Shown here: piece by piece, positions 33,634 through 44,877 of the stretch
Layout of the letters: each line of letters starts with the position of its first letter
Numbering within the stretch: the stretch's first letter is position 1
DNA from: Savitreella phatthalungensis
Lineage: Eukaryota
Assembly (NCBI GenBank): GCA_051599415.1
Contig: AP039690.1
Location: 620,001 to 684,000 of the forward strand
DNA length: 64,000 bases
Reading direction: 5' to 3'
Notes under the pieces: model-generated
What the model was told of the DNA's origin: nothing
The model's database searches: none
Seen by the model: the letters and a program-made list of their open reading frames with translations, nothing else
Made by a program: the position numbers and the translations under genes

Positions 33634-35895
33634 TTACGGAGACGTTGAATCTTTGCCGCCTTTTTTTGTCTTCGACTTTCGAGATTGAGAAGGCGACGGG
33701 GAAGGTGGATCGGAACTAGATGGTTTGCCGTGGCCATTTCGAGAAGTTGGCTTGCCGACGGCATTCATGAGAATCTTGCGGAGCGACGACGCGGAATCTT
33801 CCTTGGCTAATTTCGGCGACGAGGTCGAGCTTGACTGGCCGCTCCTGTCTCTCGCTTCCGAGGGACTGTCGTTGCGTCGGAGCTGGGACGTTCGATCTCG
33901 GTGGGCGCTGTGGCTGCTCTTTTGTCGGTGTGTGGACGAGGGACGAGGGCGATGGCGGTGGTGCTGATGATCGTCGTCTTCGTCATTACTGTCGGCCTCG
34001 GAGTCGTGGCGGGACGACTGCTGCGTGCTGGGAACACGGATGCCTTGGCGTTGTTGGACCTCGCAAGCGTACTGCGCGTCGAGACTATCGCCATGCGCGT
34101 GGCCGCTATGATCGGCCTCGACGATAACACGTCTCGTTCCGTCCTCGCCAATGAACGACGTCTCAACAATGCTGCCAGACCGGACGCGCGACTTGCGTCT
34201 GTCGACGGTCTGGAGGGATTCATTCTGCTGCCCCTGCCGTCTCCCTTTCGAATTTTGCTGCTCATGCTCGCTTTCGTCTTCATTGCCACTGAGCAATGCG
34301 GTCGATTCGTCTACAGTCTCGCTTTCGTCACCTGCGCTCAGTTTTCCGGACTGTCGGGCGGGTGAGCGTGCCAAGTCATTGTGAATCGCAGCGCGCTCAC
34401 TCGTCGTTCCGTAATCAGCATCAGCGGGCCCGAGCGAGCCTTGCCTATCAGGGTGACCTGGTGTGCGGAGGCCCGTGCGCTCGTTTGGAATTGGCGATTC
34501 ACGTGCTGAAATTTGTCTGCTTCGGGCAGGTGACAGTCCATCGGCTGTTCCGGTCTTGATTGTGACTTTGTTTGAACGAGGACGAACGGGATCGTGCGCT
34601 GCATTCGCAGGCTTGAAGGACGTCCGAGTTCCAGATGCAGCGAGGGAGGAGACCCTGCGGTCCAACTGCGCATAGTTGATACGATGACCTTTACGGATTG
34701 TTGGCGCATTCGTGCGCTTCAGCTTCGCATGCACATCAATGTAGACGTCAGTCTCATCGAGAATCTCTTCGCCAATCAGTTCCTCGATGATGTCTTCACA
34801 CGTGAGGAGACCGAGAGCGCCATGGGGTTCACCTGGATGATCGGAGATGAGAACCATGTGGCTCTTGCCCTCCTGGAAGAAGTTGAGGATGTCGAGGCAT
34901 GAGACCTCGGGCGAGCACTCTGGCAGGGTTGCGAGGGTGAAATTGCTCACTGGGACACAGTCCTCGGGGTCATAGGTGATGAGAATTTTGACCAGCAGCA
35001 TGCCGACGAAATTTGTCGGATTGCCAGGCTGATAGACTGGAATACGAGAGTATCCCTCCCGGAGAATGGTGTCGACCATGCGCTCATCGAGGATTGTGTC
35101 AGCTGACATGGTGAAGACATCTTCGATTGGGGTCATGATACGATCGACGTTTTTCTCCTTGAGATCAAGCACGGCGGTGATGATCGTGACCTCGTCCTCG
35201 TTCAGGCGGTCGACCCCGAGAGTCTTGTGGAGCGTCACAAGTGTTTTGAGACCTGCCTTCTTATATACGGTTCCTTCGTCGTCTCCGAGCAGGTAGTCGA
35301 GCAGCTTTGCTACGGGGTAAGCGATTGGGTACATAACGTACATCATGAAAAGGACCGGAGGGACAAATGCAGCGCCAATAGCTAGGCCGTAGCGGACGCA
35401 GAGTGCCTGCGGGATGATTTCACCAAAGATGACGATCGAGACTGTCGAAATGCCGATGGCATAAAGACCGCCTGGAAGGATGGAGTCCATGACAATTGGG
35501 AGTGTTTCGTTTGTGAGGACGTTCGACAGGAGGAGTGTGACAAGGACCCAGTGCTTGCCACGCTTCAGTAGGGAGAGTACCTTTTTGGCATGCTTTCGTT
35601 CGTGCTTTTCTCCTGACTCGACAAGGACCTGGAGATTGATGATGTCCTGACCCATCAGACCAATGGTGAGACCTGCAAAGACTCCACCACCGAGTATGAG
35701 GACGACGGAGAGTCCCAGTTTCCACCAGAAGGTTGGTGTGCCAGGTGGTTCTTCCGGTTTACTGCCAAGTGCTGCAAGGCTATTATTGTTTGCTGGAGCG
35801 AGCGGATGTGATGCGAGTGAGCGGAGACATGCGATGAGCAGGAGTGCAACCTTTGCAAGGCCTGCAGATGCGCGTGAGTGGGAGACTCTCTGCAT
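33634..35895 (-). CDS. MAM3: CNNM/DUF21 + CBS-pair membrane protein (Mam3-like)
   Basis: GGVFAGLTIGLMGQD, HWVLVTLLLSNV, FGEIIPQ, GYSRIP, FQEGKSHM, EDIIEELIGEEILDETD. Confidence 0.92.
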   Translation of the reverse strand: MQRVSHSRASAGLAKVALLLIACLRSLASHPLAPANNNSLAALGSKPEEPPGTPTFWWKLGLSVVLILGGGVFAGLTIGLMGQDIINLQVLVESGEKHERKHAKKVLSLLKRGKHWVLVTLLLSNVLTNETLPIVMDSILPGGLYAIGISTVSIVIFGEIIPQALCVRYGLAIGAAFVPPVLFMMYVMYPIAYPVAKLLDYLLGDDEGTVYKKAGLKTLVTLHKTLGVDRLNEDEVTIITAVLDLKEKNVDRIMTPIEDVFTMSADTILDERMVDTILREGYSRIPVYQPGNPTNFVGMLLVKILITYDPEDCVPVSNFTLATLPECSPEVSCLDILNFFQEGKSHMVLISDHPGEPHGALGLLTCEDIIEELIGEEILDETDVYIDVHAKLKRTNAPTIRKGHRINYAQLDRRVSSLAASGTRTSFKPANAAHDPVRPRSNKVTIKTGTADGLSPARSRQISARESPIPNERTGLRTPGHPDRQGSLGPADADYGTTSERAAIHNDLARSPARQSGKLSAGDESETVDESTALLSGNEDESEHEQQNSKGRRQGQQNESLQTVDRRKSRVRSGSIVETSFIGEDGTRRVIVEADHSGHAHGDSLDAQYACEVQQRQGIRVPSTQQSSRHDSEADSNDEDDDHQHHRHRPRPSSTHRQKSSHSAHRDRTSQLRRNDSPSEARDRSGQSSSTSSPKLAKEDSASSLRKILMNAVGKPTSRNGHGKPSSSDPPSPSPSQSRKSKTKKGGKDSTSP

Positions 35896-36090
35896 GGCTG
35901 ATGCTGAGGCTAGAGCTAGTTGTTTGAGAGTAGGAGAGAGATGATTGATTATGGAAGGATGTGATACTCAATCTTTGGCCATGACGGATGACGGATGCAG
36001 ATGGATTCAGGTTTTCGTGCGATGTGGATGTACACGCAGTGTCACGTGAGCTGGAATGACGCCTTGATGGAGTTTGAGATTGTGTAGCGG

Positions 36091-36124
36091 AGTGAAGTGA
36101 AGTGAAGTGAAGTGAAGTGAAGTG
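36091..36124. repeat. (AGTGA)6+ pentanucleotide microsatellite
   Basis: Direct reading. Confidence 0.95.
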
Positions 36125-36336
36125 GAGTACGGTTAAGTTGTACGATGGAGAGAATGAAGGGAGAGCCTGGTGAGAATGATGGTAGGTTTGGTGCGGTTGA
36201 GCAGGAGGAAGGAGTGCAAGATTGTCAGTAGGTACTGCAATGTCGAGCTTGCCGGTAGAAGTTTGAACGGGGAGGGGAGTTCGTGTGAGAGTGTGTGCGT
36301 GTGAGAGTGAGGATGATGTATATACGATTGTTGGAG

Positions 36337-36357
36337 GATGATGATGATGATGATGAT
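36337..36357. repeat. (GAT)7 microsatellite
   Basis: Direct reading. Confidence 0.9.
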
Positions 36358-36480
36358 GGATGATGCCTGTATAATTCTTCGAGTGATTGAGTGAGTGAGT
36401 GAATTGGTGAATTAGTGAAATGAATGAGGTGATGCATGAATTTACGAGGTTGATAGAGTGACTAGCCTAGATGCAGTGGA

Positions 36481-36548
36481 GTAGAGTAGAGTAGAGTAGA
36501 GTAGAGTAGAGTAGAGTGGAGTGGAGTAGAGTAGAGTAGAGTAGAGTA
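36481..36548. repeat. (GTAGA)n pentanucleotide microsatellite, about 14 units with two GTGGA variants
   Basis: Direct reading; decays into AG-rich sequence to about 36735. Confidence 0.95.
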
Positions 36549-37248
36549 AATCAATTTGAGTGAAATGAATTGGATAAATTGCGGTGCATTCGAGTAAAGA
36601 GTTCAGAGAATATGTTGTAGGAGAGAATGCATACAGTATAGAGTAGAAGGGACAGTAGAGGGTAGAACACAAGAGGCAAAGGAGAGTAGAAGAGAGTAGA
36701 GGAGAGCAGAGGAGAAATGAGGAGAGCAGAGGAAAGTCCAATGAAGTAGGATTCATGATAAACTTTCACTTATTCACCCATCGACTGACCTGCTATTCTC
36801 CAGAGTCAGGTATCTAGATAGATAGTGAATTAGTGAGTGGTCGAGTGAGTCTGGATCACATGTATTTACCCTACACGTGCCTCTATCCTTCTGGCAGCCG
36901 GTGGTATAGTCTATGGCTCTATATTTATTGACTTGTGGAAGAGCGATCCCTTGCCTTACCAAACTAGGTCAGGTGTAGTATTAGAGCAAATGACGTACTG
37001 CTCTGAACAATCGGCGCCCCTTCTGTGCTATCTATTTCCTAGCTTTAGATGGCGATCTGACTGTATACTGCAACTCGAAAGCTGATATTAGACCGAATTA
37101 TATCAAGCACTTAGTTAACTTTAGATTTTTGATTTCCATGCACATATCCATCCGCATTGAATCGAGAATCCAACTAGAATCTCTTACAATTCAACACTGT
37201 CTGATGATTCTGTGCATCTGGTCTTTGATCAAACCAGCAGAGTAATAG

Positions 37249-37287
37249 CAGCAGCAGCAGCAGCAGCAGCAGCATCATCATCATCAT
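37249..37287. repeat. (CAG)8(CAT)5 compound trinucleotide repeat upstream of the OSH gene
   Basis: Direct reading. Confidence 0.9.
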
Positions 37288-37647
37288 CACTACAGCCATT
37301 ATGACCTTGATCACCAATATCATCATGCACTACTACTATATCGATCACCATCATCGTCATCAGAAATCACTCATCACTACCATACAAACCACAAGGCAAA
37401 CGATACAACTCCCATATCAGAGTCAGCATACTCCAAATTGTCGTCTGTACATCCACAAACAGCTTCAGTAGAATCACTTGGCCTCTCCTTCTCACTCTTT
37501 CCTTTCGCCTCTGCCTTGAAGATTCTCGTGTTTCGCAAACTCAATCTCCAGCCTTTAATCTCACATACATCGAATCACTGACACGAGAGACTTTGCGCCC
37601 GACAACTATCCCCAGCCGCACTTCTTCTCTTCCTCAATCTTGACAAC

Positions 37648-40600
37648 ATGTCTGCTCCAGTCAGAATGCCAAGCTCAGCACGCGTCTCAGGCGTCGGCGC
37701 AGGCATAGGGGCTTCAGAGCTACAGGCAAAAACCAAAGTACTCAGTGAGACAATCGGCGTCGATGAATCACTCCGCCAGTACAAACTCCTCGAAGCACTC
37801 CGCACAGGTGACAAATCAGCAGTTGACCAGTATATGACATCTTCCTCAAGCCGATCAAAAGGCGGCTCAGACGCCCTCCTGCTCGCAGTCCAGTGTGCAG
37901 ACCTCCACACAGTTCAGCACGTCGTAGCCAAACGCGATCAGCTCGACGTCAACGAGCGAGACATCAACGGAAACACAGCACTCCACCTCGCAGCTCAGCA
38001 TGGCCGCATGGACGTCGTTGACCTGCTTATGGACGTGGATGGTATCAATGACACAATTCTCAACAATGAACATCGCCAAGCCTACGAGGTTGCTTCAAAC
38101 GCCGACATCGCCCTGCACATGCAGACAAAGCGAGGCGCATACATCGAGCGCGTCAACGCACGCTTTACAAAGGCTCTTGGTAGTCAAGACGGGTCGCTCG
38201 AAGAATTGCTCGACGACCCTCGCACAGCAGCTCTGCTAGACACGAACCGTCCAATCGATGCTGATGGCAATACTGCACTTCATTCAGCCGTGCTCGCTCG
38301 TGACATCAGCAGAATTCAGCTTCTCCTGAGCCACGGCGCAGATCCATTCCCTAGAAACAAGCGCAACAAAACCCCGATCGATCTCACGAAAGATGATCGT
38401 ATCAAGGCTCTTTTCAAGAACCTTCCACAGCGTACTATGCTCAACAATTCACCAAACGACCCTGTGCGCTACAGCGGACATCTGAAGAAGTGGACAAACT
38501 ACAAGAGCGGCTACAAGGCTCGTTGGTTCTTGCTCGAGAATGGTGTCCTTTCGTACTATCGAAACAAGGACGACACGGAGACAGCTTGTCGTGGCAGTAT
38601 CAACCTGAAAGTAGCCCGCATCCAGTATTCTAACAATGACAAGACAAAGTTCAGCGTCCTCGGAACCGAAAAGAACGGCTTCCATCTGAAGGCAGCCCAT
38701 CCAACTGAGGCGAAGAACTGGATCTGGCACCTCAACCAAGCAAAAACGCAAGCGAAAGATGCTGGTAGACTCGTGCAACCGAGCAAAGACCTCACTGGCG
38801 CGCCAATTGTATCTGGTGAATCGTCTACAGCTTCGCTCAACATTCCATCATCTCCTCTAGCCACACAAGCCAATCCGTTTGGTTCGTCGTCATATACGCC
38901 TTCGATCGCCGATTCGACAGTCGGCAGGGGCGCGAGCAGCGCTGCTGGTGGTTTATTTGCAAATGAAATCGCTCCCGAGGATAACGCTTCTGTGGCATAC
39001 TCGGAGGCAGCTTCAGAGATCGATGATCCATTATCGCACGAGGAGCCTCACGGAGATGCCTTTGCTATTACAGCCAATGCGGCAAAACTTCAGCTGCAAG
39101 TCATGGACGATATTTGTGCACACCACGTTGCTGGAACACCCACATCCGATGAGACGATTCAGACGTTCCGCGGTGCCACAGCTGGCATGCGTGAAATGCT
39201 TGGCAAGCTTATCGTCATGGTACAGGATCGTGAGCGATACTTCCGCTCGCTCATCGATCGCGAGCAGGAAATGCGACGGCTGTGGGAGGACAACATGCAA
39301 GCACTCGCGACTGATCAGGATGACCTCGAACGCAAAGTTCACGAAGCGCATCAGCAGCGGAGAGCGACGATCAAAGCACTCCGTGCCGCACAAACCCAGC
39401 TTATCTCGCTCGGTGAAACACCGGCGGCATCACCTGGTCAGGGTGGAGCTGCAGAGCGTACAGCTGCATCTCAGGGAGGTCTCCTGAACTCGAATGTCTA
39501 CGTCAACGATGACCTCGGTGATGAGGACGACACAGATGATGAGTTCTACGACGCAGAGGCAAGCACTGCCATGACGCCTGTCGCTTCTCATCGCGACGCC
39601 GAGCTGCCTGCGGTCGCCATCTCCGCAGCGGCCACGCCTGCCGTCATTAATGGTGCTCGCGATCAGCTCGTCGAAGAAAAGGCAGCAGCCAGCGAGAAGC
39701 ACGCAGACGAACCAGCACCTGCATATCAAGTCGGGACCGAAGACAGCAGCCAGGAAATTCGTCGTATCGAGCAGTCCTTCCGTGGCTACAGCCACCCGAT
39801 CCGAACAGACATGGGACGTGGTGATGACAGGCCGACAGTCTCGCTCTGGGGAATTCTCAAGTCGATGATCGGCAAGGATATGACAAAGATGACCTTGCCC
39901 GTCAGTTTCAACGAAGCCACAAGTCTCTTGCAGCGTGTGGCAGAAGACATGGAATATACGGATCTCCTGGACCATGCAGCCACTCTTCCAGACGCAGCTA
40001 CACGAGCCCTGTACGTTGCTGCCTTCGCCGCTTCCGAATACGCCAGTACGATCGATCGCGTGGCCAAGCCATTCAACCCGCTCCTGCACGAGACGTACGA
40101 GTATGTCCGGCCAGATAAGCGCTTCCGCTTTGTCGTCGAGCAAGTGTCTCACCACCCGCCGATCGGTGCAGCTCATGCGGAGTCGCCCCTGTGGGAATAC
40201 TGGGGAGAGTCAAGCGTGAAATCGAAATTCAATGGCAAGTCCTTTGACATCAACCCGCTCGGAACCTGGTATCTCCGACTGAAGCTCCCAGGCGGCAAAG
40301 AGGAATTGTACACATGGAAGAAGGTAAACACAGCCGTCGTTGGTATCCTCTTGGGTTCACCAACCGTGGACAACTACGGTCCCATGGTTGTCACAAATCA
40401 CACGCATCCGCTGGCAAAGGCCGAGCTAGACTTCAAAGCACGAGGCTGGCGAGGTGCAGGCGCGTATAAAGTTGACGGTACAGTCACGGACGAGCATGGC
40501 AGCGCTCGCTGGAATGTAGCGGGTAAATGGAACGAGCGTCTGACCGCTCGCTCAGCCAACTCTTCAGAGACACTTGATGTCTGGTCTGCAAACCCACGTC

Positions 40601-40956
40601 CATCAGGTGTGCCCTTCAACCTGACGACCTTCGCCATGTCGCTCAACGCTCTTGACCCGGAACTGAAGCCTTACCTTCCGCAGACCGACACCCGTCTCCG
40701 TCCTGACCAGCGAGCAATGGAGAACGGTGAGTACGACTTTGCAGCGAAGGAGAAGAACAGATTGGAAGAGAAGCAGAGAGCGGTCCGCCGACAGCGCGAG
40801 CGGGATGGGATCGAGCCTAAAGCACGCTGGTTTGAGCAGCGCACCCACCCAGTCACCAACGAGCAGTACTGGCACTTCACAGGCGACTACTGGCTTACGA
40901 GAGAGCGGGTAGCCTCAGGCAAAGGCGACTGGCAAAACGTTGAAGATATCTTCTAG
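37648..40956 (+). CDS. OSH1: Oxysterol-binding protein of Osh1/Osh2 type (ankyrin + PH + FFAT + ORD)
   Basis: Ankyrin repeats (GNTALHLAA), PH domain (GHLKKWTNY), FFAT motif EFYDAE, ORD signature EQVSHHPP. Confidence 0.92.
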   Translation: MSAPVRMPSSARVSGVGAGIGASELQAKTKVLSETIGVDESLRQYKLLEALRTGDKSAVDQYMTSSSSRSKGGSDALLLAVQCADLHTVQHVVAKRDQLDVNERDINGNTALHLAAQHGRMDVVDLLMDVDGINDTILNNEHRQAYEVASNADIALHMQTKRGAYIERVNARFTKALGSQDGSLEELLDDPRTAALLDTNRPIDADGNTALHSAVLARDISRIQLLLSHGADPFPRNKRNKTPIDLTKDDRIKALFKNLPQRTMLNNSPNDPVRYSGHLKKWTNYKSGYKARWFLLENGVLSYYRNKDDTETACRGSINLKVARIQYSNNDKTKFSVLGTEKNGFHLKAAHPTEAKNWIWHLNQAKTQAKDAGRLVQPSKDLTGAPIVSGESSTASLNIPSSPLATQANPFGSSSYTPSIADSTVGRGASSAAGGLFANEIAPEDNASVAYSEAASEIDDPLSHEEPHGDAFAITANAAKLQLQVMDDICAHHVAGTPTSDETIQTFRGATAGMREMLGKLIVMVQDRERYFRSLIDREQEMRRLWEDNMQALATDQDDLERKVHEAHQQRRATIKALRAAQTQLISLGETPAASPGQGGAAERTAASQGGLLNSNVYVNDDLGDEDDTDDEFYDAEASTAMTPVASHRDAELPAVAISAAATPAVINGARDQLVEEKAAASEKHADEPAPAYQVGTEDSSQEIRRIEQSFRGYSHPIRTDMGRGDDRPTVSLWGILKSMIGKDMTKMTLPVSFNEATSLLQRVAEDMEYTDLLDHAATLPDAATRALYVAAFAASEYASTIDRVAKPFNPLLHETYEYVRPDKRFRFVVEQVSHHPPIGAAHAESPLWEYWGESSVKSKFNGKSFDINPLGTWYLRLKLPGGKEELYTWKKVNTAVVGILLGSPTVDNYGPMVVTNHTHPLAKAELDFKARGWRGAGAYKVDGTVTDEHGSARWNVAGKWNERLTARSANSSETLDVWSANPRPSGVPFNLTTFAMSLNALDPELKPYLPQTDTRLRPDQRAMENGEYDFAAKEKNRLEEKQRAVRRQRERDGIEPKARWFEQRTHPVTNEQYWHFTGDYWLTRERVASGKGDWQNVEDIF

Positions 40957-41174
40957 ACAGAACACACATCCTCATCATACATGAACCCCATAGCACACCT
41001 CATCAACGATGATCTTTAGATGTGACTTCCACCGGCCGTGCACGTGACTGATTCTGCTAAAATTACGTACAGGACGAAAGGGTCGTCCGTCACGCTATCT
41101 CAAAAACACACACACACGAATAGAAAGATACAATTCATTCAAGGTTCATCTCCATCAACAACAAGCATAAACCG

Positions 41175-42047
41175 ATGTTGCTGAGGAGATCAACCCTAGC
41201 AAAACAACCACTGTTGTGCTATCGATGCGCCTGTAACTTCCCGTTCCACTCTCGAGCGCGTTCCTACGCCACATCGACGGACGACTTCCGGGAATCAGCT
41301 TCCCACTACGAGGTGCTGGACCTGCCGCTCTCGGCCTCGACGAAGCAGGTGAAAGCGCAATTCTACAAGCTCTCGAAAGCGTGGCACCCGGACGTCCACA
41401 GCACGAGCGACGAAGCCCACGCCTTAGCATCCCGCAAATTCCAGCGTATCAACGCAGCCTACGCCACACTCAAAGACCCAGCACTCCGGCGGACCTACGA
41501 CCGCTCCATCTCCGCCACCACCACCGCCACCACCGAACCCCGACCTTCCGGCCTATCACGCCGGAAGACGCGTCCACACGGTCCGCCATCGGCGTTTGGT
41601 GGCGGTGGTGGGAGGACAGCTGGACCACGGCCTGGTGGAGGGTCAGAGACTGTGCGGAACGCGCACTTTGACTACGAGGAGCACAGGTCGAGGCACTCGA
41701 TCTTCGACGATAAATTGGACGGTCGAGTTCGCGAAGAAGCAGCTAAAAGAAACGCACCATCCACAGCATCCGGCGCTAATTTCAACCACCCGCTCACGGC
41801 CCAGCAAGGCGCAGGTCACGGTGATGATGGCGCCGTTGGGAGGTTTGTAGCGGCGGCGTGCTTGGTGTTGGTGGTTGCGCTGATTAGCGCGGCAGGCGGG
41901 TCGCGAGGGGTTAAGGCAGAGGATGGTGGGGATGCAGGGTTGGGGCACAGGGTCGATTGGCATGAGGCCATGCGTGGAGCTAGAGAAGATAGACACAGAC
42001 TCAGGTTGCGCAACACGCCTAAACACTCACAGGCAGACAACGAATGA
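41175..42047 (+). CDS. J-domain (DnaJ) protein, probably mitochondrial, with C-terminal TM
   Basis: Presequence-like N-terminus, HYEVL...FYKLSKAWHPD...FQRINAAYATLKD..RRTYD, hydrophobic FVAAACLVLVVALISA. Confidence 0.85.
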   Translation: MLLRRSTLAKQPLLCYRCACNFPFHSRARSYATSTDDFRESASHYEVLDLPLSASTKQVKAQFYKLSKAWHPDVHSTSDEAHALASRKFQRINAAYATLKDPALRRTYDRSISATTTATTEPRPSGLSRRKTRPHGPPSAFGGGGGRTAGPRPGGGSETVRNAHFDYEEHRSRHSIFDDKLDGRVREEAAKRNAPSTASGANFNHPLTAQQGAGHGDDGAVGRFVAAACLVLVVALISAAGGSRGVKAEDGGDAGLGHRVDWHEAMRGAREDRHRLRLRNTPKHSQADNE

Positions 42048-42164
42048 AGTAACGACCGGTATGGAGGACGCCCCGAACAGATGATTGTACATCAGATATC
42101 AACGGGCATATGCTACGTAAATCTACATGATATTGGTATGGGTGAGAGACAGAGGATAGTGTTC

Positions 42165-43736
42165 TCATCGATATGGTCGATTCACCCGGTCCATTTCGTA
42201 GGCTCCTCCGCGTGGTTGCTGTGATGTGTAAGAGGGGTTCCGAGGCCCGAGGACTCTTTGCGGGCCAGGTGGATTGCTCGCAAATCGACCTTGCATCGGC
42301 GCATGTGCCTGCGGTTGACCTGCAGACCTCGCACGGAACTCTGCTTGCCGCGCATAGTCAAAGGATTCCTGGCGATGGTAGGACGGTGCGTGTGTCATGC
42401 CGTCCAGCGGTGGTCGGCGTGGCTGCTGGTATGCACCCATACCCGGACCGGTGACCGCAGGCGGAGCCGACATGCCCGTATGAGGGCGTGCACTGAAGTT
42501 GCGCGGCTGTCCTGCAGCTGGCATGGGCGGCACTGGTGGAGACAGGCGCCGATCGTCTAAGTATGGGTTGTTGGGCTGTGGACGCGCCTGGTATACTGGA
42601 AGCGTGTCCACACGCTGTAATGGTGGCATTGCACGACCTGCATCTTTCTCGTATTCGTGCTTGCGAATTGATGCGTGTGATAGTTGACTCGCAACAGTCG
42701 AAGATGAGCTCGATCGCTGCATGCCGGCTCGTGGTACGGGAGGTAGCCCAATGTGATCTTCATCGTCAACGGCAAAGTTCGGCAGCGTTGGCTTTTCAGC
42801 AACAAGAATGCTCTTGTTGCGAGAAAGACCTGTTGCGCCTCCAGCCCCGGCACCATGCTGTGAGCGCTTGCCACTCTTGATGGACTCTGTGTCTGAACCA
42901 CCGGCGGCATTGACAGCTGCGCGGGCGCGTGCGTATCGATCAAGGCGCTTTCGACGGGCCTTCTCTATGATGCGCTCGATGCGCTTGTCGACACGCCTGA
43001 CCACGAATTCTTCAAGACCTCCACGCAGGTGACACAGCAGAGGCAGGTAGAAGAGAGCCGCGATACAGAATCGTGCGAAGGAGAATGCCCAGATGAGGAG
43101 TGACAATGTCATCATGGACAGAATGGTCCACTGGTAGACTGTGATGTTCTGGTACGCGCGGACGTCCAGACTGAAGTTTCGCGTACTCATGACGCTGAAG
43201 ACTGTCAAAGCATTGATGGCTTGTCTCGGACCCTCGGAAAGAATTAGTCGCTTCCATCCGATGAAACTGAAGTATACCCAGAAGCTCAACACATCCTGCC
43301 GGTGCTGCGAATCTGACAGCTTGTGCCACAAACAGTAATAGTCGTAGCCTCTCGCGGCGTAGCATCGATTTGCGATGAGATTGGTGAAGGCAAAGGAGAT
43401 GTTGCGTGAGCGCATGATCCGGATGGCCTTGATCCAGTCCCAGGCGATGAGCACAACAGACAGACCGATACTGCCGACGAAAATCCACTTGGTCTTGTCA
43501 TGAGCAATGAAGTTCTGCTGCTGAATTCCCTGCGAGTAGTTCTTGATGACGAGCAGACCGACAGCCGTGTACACATCCAGGCCGAAAATGACAAAGCTCT
43601 TGATGATGGCGAACCAACAGAAGAGGTAGCCAGTGCGTGCGCCGAACGAGCCTGTGTGGAATTCGCGCACATCTACAAAGTCGAATTTGTGATCGACCTT
43701 CTCCTCGCGCTTCCAGGAGCTGCCATTGCAACACAT
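42165..43736 (-). CDS. KCH1: Kch1/Prm6-family potassium transporter
   Basis: WKREEKVDHKFDFVDVREF, NISFAFTN, FWVYFSFIGWKRLILSEGPRQAINALT, LEEFVVRRVDKRI; start MCCNG at 43736. Confidence 0.82.
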   Translation of the reverse strand: MCCNGSSWKREEKVDHKFDFVDVREFHTGSFGARTGYLFCWFAIIKSFVIFGLDVYTAVGLLVIKNYSQGIQQQNFIAHDKTKWIFVGSIGLSVVLIAWDWIKAIRIMRSRNISFAFTNLIANRCYAARGYDYYCLWHKLSDSQHRQDVLSFWVYFSFIGWKRLILSEGPRQAINALTVFSVMSTRNFSLDVRAYQNITVYQWTILSMMTLSLLIWAFSFARFCIAALFYLPLLCHLRGGLEEFVVRRVDKRIERIIEKARRKRLDRYARARAAVNAAGGSDTESIKSGKRSQHGAGAGGATGLSRNKSILVAEKPTLPNFAVDDEDHIGLPPVPRAGMQRSSSSSTVASQLSHASIRKHEYEKDAGRAMPPLQRVDTLPVYQARPQPNNPYLDDRRLSPPVPPMPAAGQPRNFSARPHTGMSAPPAVTGPGMGAYQQPRRPPLDGMTHAPSYHRQESFDYARQAEFRARSAGQPQAHAPMQGRFASNPPGPQRVLGPRNPSYTSQQPRGGAYEMDRVNRPYR

Positions 43737-44785
43737 CGTAAGGGCGCGCAAATCCGAGTTCGTTGACCGGATGTCAGGCTGATGTCGAAGAGAAAATAAA
43801 GAGAGAGTGTGAACAAGAAGAGCGATGTAGAGAGAGTGTGAAGAGGTCGGGTGAGTGGGGAATAGATTCAGAAGAGAGCGAATGCGTCGAAGTCTGGGAC
43901 AAACTTAGCGCGTGGAGGTGGTCACCAGAATCAAGCAAGCATGAAGTCTGTCGCGTGGTCGGATCACCCGGAAATGATAGGAAAGTCGATGAGTTTCAGT
44001 GCGACGGATAGCGTGCACGTTCCTCTCAAGAAGAGTAAAGATGCGTACAAGCGCTTGTCTCTCGCGAGTCTGACAGTGATGAGTGGATCCGTGGATCTTC
44101 TCTGACACTGAGGTCGAGATCGCGGTCGCACCTGAAAGATGTCGAGGTGTCAAGATGACAAGTGAGAAAATAAAGAATGCGTGCGGCCGGCTCAGTGACC
44201 TCTCGCTCGAGTCCGCGAGACAGTGTGTGCGGCTGTTGGACAGAAAGAAAGAGAGAGGCCTGGACGCACAGGGCACCTGGTCCGTGTGAGCACGAGGTTG
44301 GAGAATTCAGGGTACCGTGTTGCTGGTGTTTCTCGAGTGGATGATGCGCACTGACTCCTTTGTTGTACTCCTGCGTTGCCATTTACAATTTGAAGTTCTG
44401 TTTGATTGGCTGGAGCATGTCAAACAGAGTATTTGACTGTAGTCAAATAGGAATTAATCCAGTTGAGAAATTGATCGCTGACTGGAATTATCAAATTCAG
44501 TATTGATTTGATCGAAGACTTGCAGCAGGCGATCCTTTTGATAATTGAATTCCGTTAGAAGATGGCTGGTCACACTGAACCGCTCATTGAAATGACTTCG
44601 CTGACTGCATTCGGGCATAGAATCAGCAGATCTGCCCACTTGAAGCACGTGATTTTAACGTGGTGATTTCATCTGGTCTCTCGGTTGATCTGACTGTCAA
44701 AGAGCCGGCGCCTGTCCACAGCTTTCGGAATGCCAAGAATGCAGATACACGTGGTCTGTCTTCTGACCGCATGCAATATCCGACG

Positions 44786-44849
44786 GCCAGTCAGCCAGTC
44801 AGCCAGTCAGCCAGTCAGCCAGTCAGCCAGTCAGTCGGTCAGTCGGTCA
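44786..44849. repeat. (GCCAGTCA)6(GTCGGTCA)2 octamer tandem repeat just downstream of the ureF stop
   Basis: Direct reading. Confidence 0.9.
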
Positions 44850-44877
44850 TTTGCAGCCGTGCGTTCCGCCGCCAGGG

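Noticed and set aside
32895..33719. 274-aa ORF overlapping ODC, and the many similar nested or antisense ORFs in the track
   Set aside because: Shadow frames expected in GC-rich, codon-biased genes.
36442..36769. ORFs with STLLY/LYST repeats
   Set aside because: Translations of the pentanucleotide microsatellite.
44786..44849. CRISPR-like array or mobile element
   Set aside because: Simple spacerless octamer repeat in a eukaryotic genome; no transposase, LTR or TIR recognised anywhere in the window.
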